Of a stretch of 64,000 nucleotides of DNA, positions 11,801-24,200 are shown piece after piece. The notes beneath the pieces are model-generated. The model was not told where the DNA came from and did not search any database. It was given only the letters and a program-made list of their open reading frames with translations. A program made the translations under genes and the position numbers. The DNA lies in NCBI GenBank assembly GCA_028023455.1, contig JAQFVV010000011.1, positions 5,642,001 to 5,706,000 on the forward strand, read 5' to 3'. Source of the DNA: Epiperipatus broadwayi (lineage: Eukaryota > Animalia > Onychophora). Numbering within the stretch: the first letter of the stretch is position 1; each line of letters opens with the position of its first letter.

Positions 11801-13014
11801 ATATATTTTTGCTCAAATATACTACTACTACTTTCCCATGTTTGTTTATTCTATTTGTATAAATATGTGAATATAGATAGCCACCAAAAGTACTCAGTTG
11901 CTTTGTATCATCATTATTCAGTTACAGCTTTTCCTTTTTATTGTGTTTCAGCTTGTATAAGTTATATTACACTTGTCTAGGAAAAGTCAAGTATCTTTTA
12001 TAATTATAACCTTTTTTAAGTATCAGTAATCTTATATATATATATATTATTCATAATATTTTAATTCCAAAACAATTTACAGATGTTAGAATATCTGAAG
12101 ATTCAGCAACTTAAATCACTTTTATTTGGTAGTATCTAACTTTACTAAAAATAGAATATTATATTTTTGAACAAGTCAAGTTGCAGGGAAAGTGATTACA
12201 AACTGCAAATACATAAGCAGTGACTGTCTGTTAGAAAATATTGCATTGTAAAAATTATAAAAAAAATTTAAACTTTTAAAGCATAAATTGATAGATTTAT
12301 CAGATTTTGATATTAATTTATTCATATTTTAAAAACAAATATCAAATAAAAAATATTTTGTTTGTTTTTGAAAAAAATCTAATCCTTTCTGTCAATTGAA
12401 TGACAGAATAGTGCTTTTCTTTTTTAATTATGATATAATTTATTAATATTTAAAGAAATCAGATATGATTTTTTTAGAATTATTTTATTTCTAAACAAAA
12501 ATATTTATCAAATGAAGTCAAATTTATTTTATTTTGATAAATAATAATAGTTTAATATTAAATTTAATGTTTAAAACTTATTGCAGTAAAAAGATTAAAA
12601 CTATAACTATGCTAGTGTAGTGCAAGAATTTTAAACCTAAAATAAAAATAATTTTTAATTAAACCTAAATTAAATTTCTCATATTTAATGTGCACATGCC
12701 TATATCTGTGCTAAATTTGAATATAATCTATTATGTTATATTTTACTTGGATATGTACTATATTAATAAAACATGCAATAAAACACTAAAATGGTCTTGA
12801 AATGGATATTTTCTTTTCAATATATATTATGAAAGAACCAATTACTAACAGAGTTTTCCAACCAGGGGTCTTACATCCCCCAAGGAGTGCAAGATGGTAT
12901 TCCAAGGGAAGCAAGATAACCTTTCAGTTTTTTTGTTTATATTAGGGTATTGTCCTATATAGTCAAAAATTACATTCAATTTTTATTTGTGTAATGTATT
13001 CAAGTGATTGTGAC

Positions 13015-13134
13015 TCGAGAAACTTCCAGAAGTACCAAGACTTAATCCATGATATCATGTGATATACACTCTAGAATGTTCTAGAATGTTTTGCAGAGTA
13101 TATAAATCCATGAGTGATGCCATGATTGTCAGTG
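13015..13134 (+). promoter_or_regulatory. Heat-shock-type promoter of the Buster element: two HSEs, TATA box and Inr
   Basis: GAAacTTCcaGAA (13019-13031); CTCtaGAAtgTTCtaGAAtgTTT (13069-13091); TATATAAA (13099-13106); TCAGT with A at 13131, 30 nt after the TATAAA at 13101. Confidence 0.65.
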
Positions 13135-13288
13135 CATTGTTGATTCTGTGTTAGTGCAGTGCTAATTTCTCTTGCACCTATAATAAATGGTGATTATGCT
13201 TAATGTTATTTTGCTTATTATTATTTTAATTAACTTTATCCTTTTTTTTTCAGATTATAATTCTTAAATTATTAATTATCCCTTCATT

Positions 13289-14937
13289 ATGTCAAAGAAA
13301 AGGAAATGGAATGATTATATGCAGTTTTGTTTCACTTGTACTGGAACAACTGAGAATCTGCTTTGTGCATACTTTGTGACACTATCTTTTCAAACACAAA
13401 TATGAAGCCATATAAGCTTCTGGAATGCTTCAACAACCAGCATGGTGAAGCAGGTGTTGTAGACCATGATGTTGAATCATTGAAAGCTAAAAGGCCCTGC
13501 TTTTATTCTTGAGCAACCTTTCCAAAATTTAGATTTTATATCTGCTGTCAAACCATTGATGGCTTCATACTACATGGCGCATAAAGTAGCAAAATTGAAG
13601 AAGCCCCATACAATTGCAGAAGAAGTGATAGAAATGGCAACAATTGATGTGGGAAAAGAAGCCTCAAACAAGCTTAAATTAGTGCCGTTATCAAATAATG
13701 ATATTCAGAATCAAATTTATCAGGGCTAGTCCCCTGAAAATCTCTGCAGTTGGATGAAACAACTTATGTGCAAATTGCAATCAACTCATCACATTAGTGA
13801 GGTATGTACATGATATTGTTATAATGGACAGTTTTCTGATATGTGAAAATCTGAAACAGCCACAAAAGGAAAGGATGACTTCTAATGTGTAAAAGACTTC
13901 GTGTAAAATATAGCTTAGATATCCAAATTATTGATCTGTGTGTACCGATAGTTGCCCCTGCTATACTAGGAAATAAATTAGGATTTTTTTTTGTGCTGAT
14001 GAAATGAGATTCAGCATTTGCAAAGTCCCATTGTTTTCTTCATTGACATGCTTTGGCATCAAAAATATTGCCTCCAAAGTTGAAAAAAATCCTAACAACT
14101 TTTGTGGAGACCATCAACTGGATTAGGGATTGTGCCGTGACCTCCACCTCTTTAAGTCTCTTTGTGAAGATTTGGGAAATGAGCATTCAGGTTTGTTTTT
14201 CACATAGAAATTTGCTAGTTGTCATGTGAGAAAGCTTTAAGGTGCATCTATAAACTGTGAGAAGAAGTCAAATTTTTTCTGGAGGAATGTGATTATAATC
14301 TTGCTTGAAGAAATAGAATTACAAGAATTAGAGTGATATTCTTATTTGTATGAATGATCTGAGGGTATCTATTTAAGGGGAAAATATAAATATATTGAAA
14401 TGCTGGGAAAAGTTAAATGCTTTCCAAGAAAAGTTACACTTTTGGTGTCAATGAGTTAAAAAAGGGAATCTTTCAAATTTTCCATAATTCGAATAAATAG
14501 TTTATGAAACGAGTTTTTAATTTCACATGTGTGTGAAGAATTTGTGGATCATTTGGAAGTACTATCAAAGTCATTTGATAGATATTTTGGAAGCAAAGAA
14601 CTGGAAACTTTTGGAAAATGGATTTATAAATCCATACTCCTTCAATTAGGATAATATGTCAGATGATGAAGAGCTGAAGGAAGATCTTTTTGAACTGGAA
14701 CAATATTGATGTTAGGCAATGGACATGTTTTCAAAATTTTGTGAAAAAGCACCAACTATGCTCATCCCATGCATGATGACATACTTATGCAAGTCTGGAT
14801 TTAATGTTCTTTTATCAATAAAGACAAAATCTAGAAATTACTTGGGTACACAGGCAGACATATGGATTGATATGAGCAACAAAGTGCCATATTTTGAAAA
14901 ACTTTTATGCAATAAACAAGAACAAAAGATTCATTAA
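13289..14937 (+). pseudogene. Buster/ZBED8-like hAT transposase pseudogene
   Basis: Starts MSKKRKWNDY; contains SLQLDETT, HCFLH*HAL (14029-14055) and the C-terminal dimerisation region IPCMMTYLCKSGFNVLLSIKTKSRN..KQEQKIH*. Many stops and frameshifts. Candidate 5'UTR intron 13190-13253. Confidence 0.85.
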
Positions 14938-15833
14938 ATTTAAATTGGCTTATGAATATCTGAAAATTAGTTATAATTTTTTTAAAGAAATTTCATGTAT
15001 GGATGAAAATTTAATTTTTTTGTAGTGTTTATGCAACTTTTAATTTGTAGTAATATTTTTTCTTTTTCATATGTTTTATTTTTGTTTATATATTATTAAA
15101 AATTGAATATACAAACTTGTTTTGGTCATCTTCACTTTTATTCTTAAATAAATTATTACTTTAAGGAGTGTGAGAACAAATTAACATTTTTTAGGGGTGC
15201 GGGCATAAAAAGAATGGGAACCGTTGAGACAGTGTATATTTATCTTATATCAATAAAGTCATATTGTAAATAAAGTGTGTAATCTATTACACAAAGCATG
15301 GAATTCTATTTTTAATGATAATAGAACAATTAATTGATACAATTAACTAGTCTCAACAAATTAGTTATTTGCCATTTGAATACTGAATAATAAATTATCA
15401 CTAGTTTCCATAATATATCAGATGAAGTTTTTAGATTTTATAGTGTATTTAATTTAATGTAATTTTGCATTGAATTATCTAATTATAAATAGACAACGTT
15501 TGTTACCAGCATTGTGCAGCCCACAAAGGCTTTTTAAATAAACACAAATTTGAATAAACCTTTTATGCAGGTTGTATTTTTGTTGTATTTTTATTGTATT
15601 CTTTATAAGCTAAATAATGTAATTAATATTTATAAAAAAGACTACATATCTAATTCTTTTGTATATTTGTACATAATTGCTTAATGAGACAAAGTTTTTT
15701 TTTTTTTATTATTCAATAAGTTAAGAATGTGTCTTGTACTAGCATGATGTGATTTCCAGAAGTGAAGCAAATATGCAGCATGATTGCATGTGAATGTTAT
15801 GGAATTGTATTACTTCATTGCAAAGATCTAACT

Positions 15834-16873
15834 CAGGAGTGGGAAACTTTTTCTGCAGGGTCATTTGGATATTTATAATATCATTCACTTGCCATAGAAA
15901 ATTATTGATTTAAAAATTAGCCTGCTATATTTGATTAAAAATTTTGTTAATTTATGTTTGATCATTAGATTGGGCAATCTTTTCAACTGGCAGACCAATT
16001 TCAACTTTCCCTTTTAAACAAGAGTCATATTTTTTTTTTTTATGAATTAAAAATAAAGTAACATCATTATTAGTAACTATTCTACATTTAATGACAATAT
16101 TTATATTCTTGAATTTCACAGAAGTTAGGATGCAGTCTTTATAAACTTTCCTTCATAAAATAGTTTTAAATTTTCTGACTTGTTTGTTTTTTTATGAAAC
16201 ATGTCAGCTACTTAATGAAGCTTCTTTTTTAATTTTTTATTTAAATATTTTTTTCCCACAACAATTTTATTGTAATCAGAATGTTTTGATAAAAAGTGCT
16301 GTTTAATGTTGGGTTCTTTATTAACTGAAATAGTTTCCAGATATATCAGACTCATCAGTTTACCATTTTTTTTCTATGTAAAAAAAAAATGTGTTGATCC
16401 ATATTTTTTGGTAGTGTGCAATTTTTTGTGTCAATTTTCTTTATTCAGTGTTATCATCCCAATAAAAAAAAATTAAATGCAAAATAACAGTAATAATAAT
16501 ATTAAATGAAGTAAAATTTGACTTATTTTTGATAGTATATTTTTGTCTGCAAAAAATCACTATAAAAACAAACAAAATACTTTCAGCCTCATAGATTAAA
16601 TCTGTATTCAGATTGATCATACAATATAGATAAAATTTATTGGAATATTGCACTTCTGATAGAATGAACTAGAACTATTATAAAGGTTGGAGAGAAAAAA
16701 AATGTTGAGAAAATAAATATTTAGTTCTTAAATCAATATTTGCATTGTTTATGTGTTTAAATACAAGTTTTATACAGGGCCATTTTATATACATTTTTGA
16801 AACAATCCAAAGATTAGATTGAGAGCTTTTAAGGGCTGGAGTTGGTATTTGGGCATGAGGTTCTCCAACTATG
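15834..16873 (+). mobile_element. Old non-autonomous hAT element
   Basis: Degenerate ends CAGGAGTGGGAAACT / AGGTTCTCCAACTATG with exact 8-bp TSD ATCTAACT (15826-15833, 16874-16881). Confidence 0.7.
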
Positions 16874-17280
16874 ATCTAACTAATCAATGTTTTGAGCTTG
16901 AATTTTGTGTGATATATTGTTATTTCATAGATTAGATTGAACTTCAACTCAGCACATAAAATTGTCATAAAGGCCTGGCTTTGATGATAGAGGAATGAAT
17001 AATACAATTTGTTTTTATTGTATTTTTCAGTCATGTTTTTGAATGTTTTGAGAAATGAAAACTTGTATTAGACCTGATTAATTTTTTCTTTAATTTTCTG
17101 ATTGAAGCTTGTTGTGATGAGCAACATGTACTAATTATTTTGCCATCTAAACTCATTCAGCAACCATTTGTTTGAAAATTATCTATTGAATTAATTATAA
17201 TTTTTCTTTGTTGTAAATCTTATATAATTATAATCATTATTAGTAGATAATTTATTTAATTAAGATAACTTTTCAATATT

Positions 17281-17620
17281 TTTCAAACATGAGAAGCAGT
17301 CCGGTCATGTGTTCGAACCCTGCAACCCCAAAATAGTTTGCTCCGAAGCCAACGATTGTAAGAGAAAGATCAAGGAGGCGTATTTTATTATCAATGATAA
17401 CAACGCGATAATAGACGCGACACGTGTTTTGCTATTTCAAGAAAATGGGCAAATTAATTTGCATACGCATTTGCATACATTATTATTTAGTAATATTACA
17501 GCAATGGTTAATAACCTATTTTGGCCATGAATATGAGGGAAAACTTCGAATAGTACTAGGCCTAGATTAATTTAATTTAATTGTTTTTGTTACTACTCAC
17601 AACTTCTTTTTCAGCGTGTT
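17281..17620 (+). mobile_element. Younger PLE 3' end (end of GIY-YIG ORF plus 3'UTR)
   Basis: Open frame HEKQSGHVFEPCNPKIVCSEANDCKRKIKEAYFIINDNNAI is homologous to 11620-11740; CpGs are retained, unlike the flanks. Confidence 0.72.
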
Positions 17621-20323
17621 AAAGCGCTTATATATACTATTAATTATCTATTTAAGATATGCCTATTATATATATTTGATTATCCTGTGATATATTTGGT
17701 ATCTTGTCTATACTATAAATCTAATGATAAATGCTAGAAATACACTACTATTTATCACAGAAATGATAGTATCGATTACTATATATATATTTAGTCCCAA
17801 ATTATTGATAGAAAAACTTATTTACTATACTAAGTATATTCACTTTCATAGATTAGAAAAAGAGATTGTTCATGAAAAAAGAAATTGCTATATTTAAATT
17901 CAGGTTTAGAAATATTCTTGCACAGTAAAACTCTGCTATTAACTGAAATTATATTTTTCTAATTACTTTAATTTTGATTTTGTTTTATTTTTAGAATATT
18001 TCAAAATTGATCAATGGAAAGACTTAGCTTTTATTGTCTAGTCACTTTAATGGATAGGATTACGTTAAAATGTCCAGAGAAAGGATAAAATAATTATCTT
18101 TATAAGTGTTTTTAAATTTTATAGTATTTAATCCCAGTCCTTATCAACTTCTATTTAAATCAGAGTAGTGATGTGTTTAAGTGATTTTTTTGATGTAAAA
18201 AAAAAAAGCTTGTTTAGAACGTTAGCATGCTCTTAAGTTTACATATTGGTAATTGCAAGCTATATATGTCATGTGACATCTGACTTTTTATTATTACTAT
18301 TAAAATGATTTTTGTAATATGACTATAATCTTTTTTTTTTTCAAAATGATAGAAAATATAGGACAAACACAGAATTTTTAATCAATTTTTTTGCAAATAA
18401 TACAATATTTTTAAAGATTTTAAACCTTTTTAATAACTTTCAAAATAAGTCTTGATATTGAATGATGAGCCTACTTTCTTTATGCATTGTGTGTAAATAT
18501 TGGATATCATATTAAATTATAATATTTGGCATGTGAATGCAAGTAATATCTTTTGAAAAATAGATATATTCAAGAGGTCTTCAGTGGTAAAAATGAAAAT
18601 GATAACTAATTTATATTGATAATATTCAGTGATGAGATGCCAGTTTTTGTACTGGAGTAATACTTTCTTCTAAGATAGTCTTTCACTTTTATATAATATT
18701 AATCGCCTCGAACTACATTTATATGATTGAACTAGTTTTCCAGAGGATTTACAATCCATTTTTAATAAGGATTAAAATAAAGTTGTTGTTTTTTTGAATA
18801 GCATTTGACTTGTTTCAATATTGCCCTATTAAGTTTATGAACTGAATTATTATTATTTAAAATTAATTTTTATTTACATTAGCATGTTTTTATAATTTTT
18901 AGGCATATTAATAATAAAGAAAAAGTATTTAATTCTAATAGTCATTAATAACTTTTTAGTACAGCAAAATAATTTAATTGAATAAAAATATTTATATATA
19001 ATAATTACGTACAAATTTATTTAAATTATTGATATTTTACATATCATTCATGTTGTGCTATACATGAAAAAACAAACAAACAGCAAAATCTTAAAAGATT
19101 AAGTTTGTATGTGTGATATAATGAAATTATTATCCACATGGATTTGCATTACGTAACATTCATATATTATCTTAATTATTTTTTCTTTTTATTTTTTAAA
19201 TAAATTTTCATTCTCTCTCTCTCTTTTTTGTATTGTCTCTAGAATATGATTAATTGCATTTCGATGCTATGACATAGGAAAACAAAAACTATTTACAATT
19301 AAAATTAATATTATAATTAGCAATAAATTAGATATCCTAGTTATTAAACCTTTATATGATGATAACGTTATTAAATGTACTTATATAGCAGTGAAAATTA
19401 ATTCTCCTCCCATAAGATTATTGTTGTTTATTTTACTATTATAATGTCTTTTTATTTTATTTACTTGTTTGTTGTTAACACGTGAATGTAAAAACCATAT
19501 AACTCGGGCAAGGGAGGGAAAAACATTAAGGTTATCACCATAATTTGCTCTGAGACATGCTGAGAAGGGGTGTCAACTCCACCTTACTTAACCCTTTATC
19601 ATCCACTCAGCGGGAATATAAACATTAAAAGTGACAGTTTGTATTTTTTTTCTTTAAATAAATTTATGGTGACAATTGTGTCATAACATTTAAAAAATAT
19701 TATATGACAACGTGTTTATATGTAGATAGATGTACAACTGTATTATTTTAAAATAAAATTTGTTAGAATTATCACTATTATTAATATTAGAATTGTTAAT
19801 TTAAAAATAAAGCCCTCTCTCTCAAAAAACGACAACAACAACAAAAAAGATAACTGACCTGTTATTTGAAGAATAGCGAAAACCATAAATATTTATATAT
19901 TGTTTACTTTTTATTTATAAATATTGCATATTATTAAAACAAAAAATATTTATCTTTTATATATAAAAAAGTTCTACACTAAAATAACATGATAATTTTA
20001 AATAAAACAGAATAGTGTATTGTAAAAAGTAATAATTAGTAGATAAATGGTGAAACATTTTTTAAATATTCCACTACAACCAAATATCTCTTTACTAGCC
20101 TTCAATAAAGAATTATTGAAGGAGGAGGCATTAGTCATCACACTGGCCACATTTTGGGTAGAATTTGAGCAGTTTTTCATTCTTATTTTAGTTTTTAGTT
20201 AAGAATAGCTAGATACTCATCATCAACTGATATTGGATAGTTAGCTATACTTTACATATCTGAAAGAAAAATATTAACTGATTAGAATCTGAATTTTTTT
20301 TTTTTTAAGTTTAACTGAAAAAT

Positions 20324-20382
20324 GATTTGAATCCAGGTCATGTATATTGAAGCAGATATTCTGCCACTACACTATGTGATCC
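20324..20382 (-). mobile_element. Decayed tRNA-derived SINE head (not a functional tRNA)
   Basis: Minus strand has A-box-like TAGTGTAGTGG and B-box-like GGATTCAAATC at tRNA-like spacing; no cloverleaf. Confidence 0.4.
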
Positions 20383-23300
20383 ATAGATGTAAAAAACTAG
20401 TAAAACAAAAGCTTGTACAAAATAAATTTACATGAAGTATAACCATAGCAGTATCTATAAAAGAGGAGAGCAAAAATTACCAGTAAATGACAGTTGAGAA
20501 GAATTGACAAGAAATAATAAATTATCAGTTTGCATTTAGTGTTTAATCCAGCTTTCAATCCAAAATAGAAAACTTGCACTTCTGAGAAATTACTTGGATA
20601 ATAAAGAAAACATAATAATATCAAGAAAAATTATTGGAAAAGAAAAATTGTATGATTTTGCGGTGAAAATTATATCTGTCTATGTTTGATTAAGGTTTTT
20701 TTTTTAAAAAAAAGAGATAGAGAGAGATTTCATTAGTTCAAAAATCAAACGGTGAAAAAAATTAAGAAAATGGGGTAATTTGCAAAATATAAATAAGTAC
20801 TTAAATAAATAGTATTAACCTCATGTAAATAGTAAAATACTTTTTTTCAAAAGCATTCTTATATGAGAAAAATTTAAATGACCCTTAGAGAATGTCACCA
20901 AGTGATAGAATTTGAAAGAGGGACACCATTATAAAGAATAAAAACAATTTTTAATGAAAGAAAATGAAAAACTAATAAAGATTGGAAATCTAGGAAAAGC
21001 AATGCAGACTTCAAGTAAGCAATAGAAACATAAAAATAGGAAACATTTTAATTATAGTATATTCTTTATAGCAAAATGGATTATGGTGACAATATGTGCA
21101 AACATAACTTTGAAATGAAAAGGTTTATGGAGTTAATAAATTGCTAAGAGGAAAGTTGAAGATTGATTTATGTAGGGGGCATTAAATATTGATTAAACAT
21201 TTTATATAAATAGTTCAAATTGGAAAAAAAGAGGCATTAGTCATATAAAAATAGATAAAAAGAATGCTGTAATGTTATATTAGTGATTGTATTATTTTTA
21301 CCAAATCAAAAGATTATCTACAGAATATTCTTAACATATTTAAATATAGTTTGATAAAGGCCTTGGTTTAGTTATTGGTTTTTAGGAAAACTAAAATGCT
21401 TTATTAATTAGTGATGAAAGAAAATTTTTCAGCAATTTTTAGTTGAGCTTATTCTCATGTTGAGAAAGTAAATCACTTTAAATAAATATCTTAATAGCTT
21501 TTTAGATTAAAAGACAAACCTAGATATTGAAGTGCAATTCTGATTTAATGTGCTGCTTTTCAATTAACAAATCTGTAAACTAGTGTATTTTATCATAGTT
21601 ACTAATTACCTCAATCAAATTAGTTGTTTGCAGGATGATTGGTTATTTTATTCAGTTTATTGTATGGAATGAAAATTTAAATTTTCTATCATAACCTAAA
21701 GACACTAGAAAAAATATGTTTAATGATGTTCTTTTACAAATTTTCTGGCAAGATCATAAATTTGTTGATATTTTCATCTATCTGGATGTGATATTATTGA
21801 ATCTGCTTATATTGTAAAAACATAATTAAACAGTATCAAAGATTGTAAAAAAAAGTATTTTACATTGAGCTTCAGTATAGTTTTTATAAGAAAAATAGAA
21901 TTTGTTTATATTATAAACATTATCTTAACTCTATAAGCAGAATATTTCAATGCTTACTTGTTTTTTTAACAGATATTTGTCAATAAGTAGTTTCTTCTAA
22001 AGATGACCATATATAATATATGCTTGAAGAGCAGCCCAAGCAAGATACAAAATTATCATTGTTAAGTAATAATTCATTGCAAATATAATACAAATCCACA
22101 ATATTTCTTAAAAATTCAAGAGCAAAATAATAAGGTGGGGTCTATTTGAATACTTATTTGCACTAATTATACCTACAATATTTAATATTCTGGACTTAAA
22201 ACGAGCACTCCTTCTTTAAATAGTAATAAACTTATAAATAATAAAAGCTGATAAAATAATTGCATTTCTAATGTACATTTTATAAAGGTTAATAACCCTG
22301 CTTATATTTAGTAATTTTTCTTCCAATAATAATTATATTGCCAAAATAATGCTTACTTTATCATCATATAAATTTTAAACATTTCAGTTTTTAGAATAAA
22401 TTAAATAATCGTGGTAAATCAGTCTTTATTGCAAGGTATTTCTAATTTCAGAAAAGATGATTGGTATTCCAATTTTTTTTTTACCAAGCATGAATTTTGA
22501 ACAAATAGATTATTTTCATATAATCTTTTAAAATTTATTATAAAATAACTTTCAGTTTGTTAAATAAATATTTCATAAACGAGTAGCAAAAATTTTAAAA
22601 GTAACATATTTTTTTTTTTGTTTAAAAAAACTTGAGAATACCTTTTTTTCCCCCTGTTGCATGCGAAAGAAAATCTTTCTGGCTACGTATATATATTTTG
22701 ATGGCTGCCAGTTGTTTAATATATGGAAATTTGCTTTTTTTTTTAAAAATAGGATTTATGTGTTGATAAAACACCACATTTTACTATGGATTGCCATTGT
22801 ATTTAAGTGATTTCTACAAAATTTGTATTATTTAGATTACTTAAATGAAATATGTTATCTGACATTGTGAGATGATTGTGCAAAAAAAGGTTAAGTTTCA
22901 AGTCAGCTAGAAAAAAAAAAAAGATTTCTCTTTCTTACGCAAATTAACACATTGAGTTAATTATATATTTTATTAAATTTTGTTTATACATTATCAACTT
23001 CTAGTTACAATACATAATAAATATTTTTAAAAAAGAAAGAGCAAATTTTTATCACCCCCCCCCCCAACATAATTATCATTATCCTTTTGACTCTTCACTG
23101 ATAATTAATTATTGATTTAACATTGTAATGTGACCTTTATCATACAATACTATATTGACGCATATTGCTTTAAAATAAAAATTAAATTTAGAAAATGTAA
23201 TTATTTAAAATGGATACTCAGATGTAATACGTGTACACACAATCATATGTATAGCTGTACATGCACACATGCCACTTGTTTATATATTGTAGTAAAATCC

Positions 23301-23560
23301 CAAATTACCAAATAATTACAGAAATGTAATTATAAATTATACAAAAGCAACTACTCTCTCAAAACAGTTTAAAATCCATTAGATCATTTTTCATTCTTTT
23401 GACAAACTGAATCTACAGTCACAAGATTTATGTATGCATCATACTTATATACATATAATTAAAGTATCATACATATGATTATAATATCAGTTTTTATTGG
23501 ATTCTTTATTATTAGACAATAATTGTTAGATTATGGTTATTCAACATAATATTATTATAG

Positions 23561-24200
23561 TCATCATCATCATCATCATCAACCATTATCAATCCACTGC
23601 AGGATGAAGGTCTCTCCAAGTTTAATCCATCTTCTCCGATCTTTAGCTTCTCTTCTCCACAACACCCCTGCACATTTTCTTATTTCATCCATCCATCTAC
23701 ATGTGGTCTCTTTCTGGGTCTTTTACAATCTCTTGGAATCCAGTTTAAAATTTCAATTGTCCATCTATTATCATCTCTTCTAGCAATATGTCCAGCCCAA
23801 CTCCATTTCAATCTTTTAATTTTTTCAATAAGGTCAGTAACACCTGTTTGTTGTCTTACCCATACATTGCGTTTTCGATCTCTTCTTGTTACTCCCAACA
23901 TAACCTCTCCATACTCCTTTGAGTGGTCTGAAGTCTCTGTATTGCTCTTCTATTAAGTGTCCAAGTCTCAGATCCATAAGTAAGAACTGGTAAAACACAT
24001 TTGTTAAAAACCATCCTTTTCAAACACATAGGCATATTTCCTTTTAGTATCAAGTTATTTCTACCAAAAGCACTCCAACCAAGTTTAATTCTATGATTAA
24101 TTTCCTCCATTATGTTTCCATCTGTATTAATAATCTGACCAAGGTATTTGTAACTGTTAACTTCTTCTAATTCTTCATAATCAATCTTTATTTTCATATT
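23561..24200 (-). mobile_element. 5'-truncated RTE-clade LINE 3' end
   Basis: ORFs 23889-24197 and 23680-23901 join across one frameshift into EEVNSYKYLGQ..FNKCVLPVLTYGSETW..MLGVTRRDR..KWSWAGHIARRDDNRWT..RPRKRP; (GAT)n tail at 23561-23580. Confidence 0.92.

Larger units (their letters stand above)
12849..15226 (+). mobile_element. Buster-type hAT DNA transposon (decayed, near full length)
   Basis: Degenerate ends CAGAGTTTTCCAACC and GAATGGGAACCGTTG enclose a broken Buster/ZBED8-like transposase. No matching TSD found. Confidence 0.8.

Noticed and set aside
16321-16365. Minus-strand CTGATGA..GAAAC resembling a hammerhead
   Set aside because: Stems I and II cannot form and there is no NUH in register; it lies inside the old hAT element.
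17457-17476. Two ATTTGCAT octamers suggesting an snRNA promoter
   Set aside because: They fall in the PLE 3' end (a similar AATTTGCATA is in the 11.8-kb copy) and no snRNA follows.
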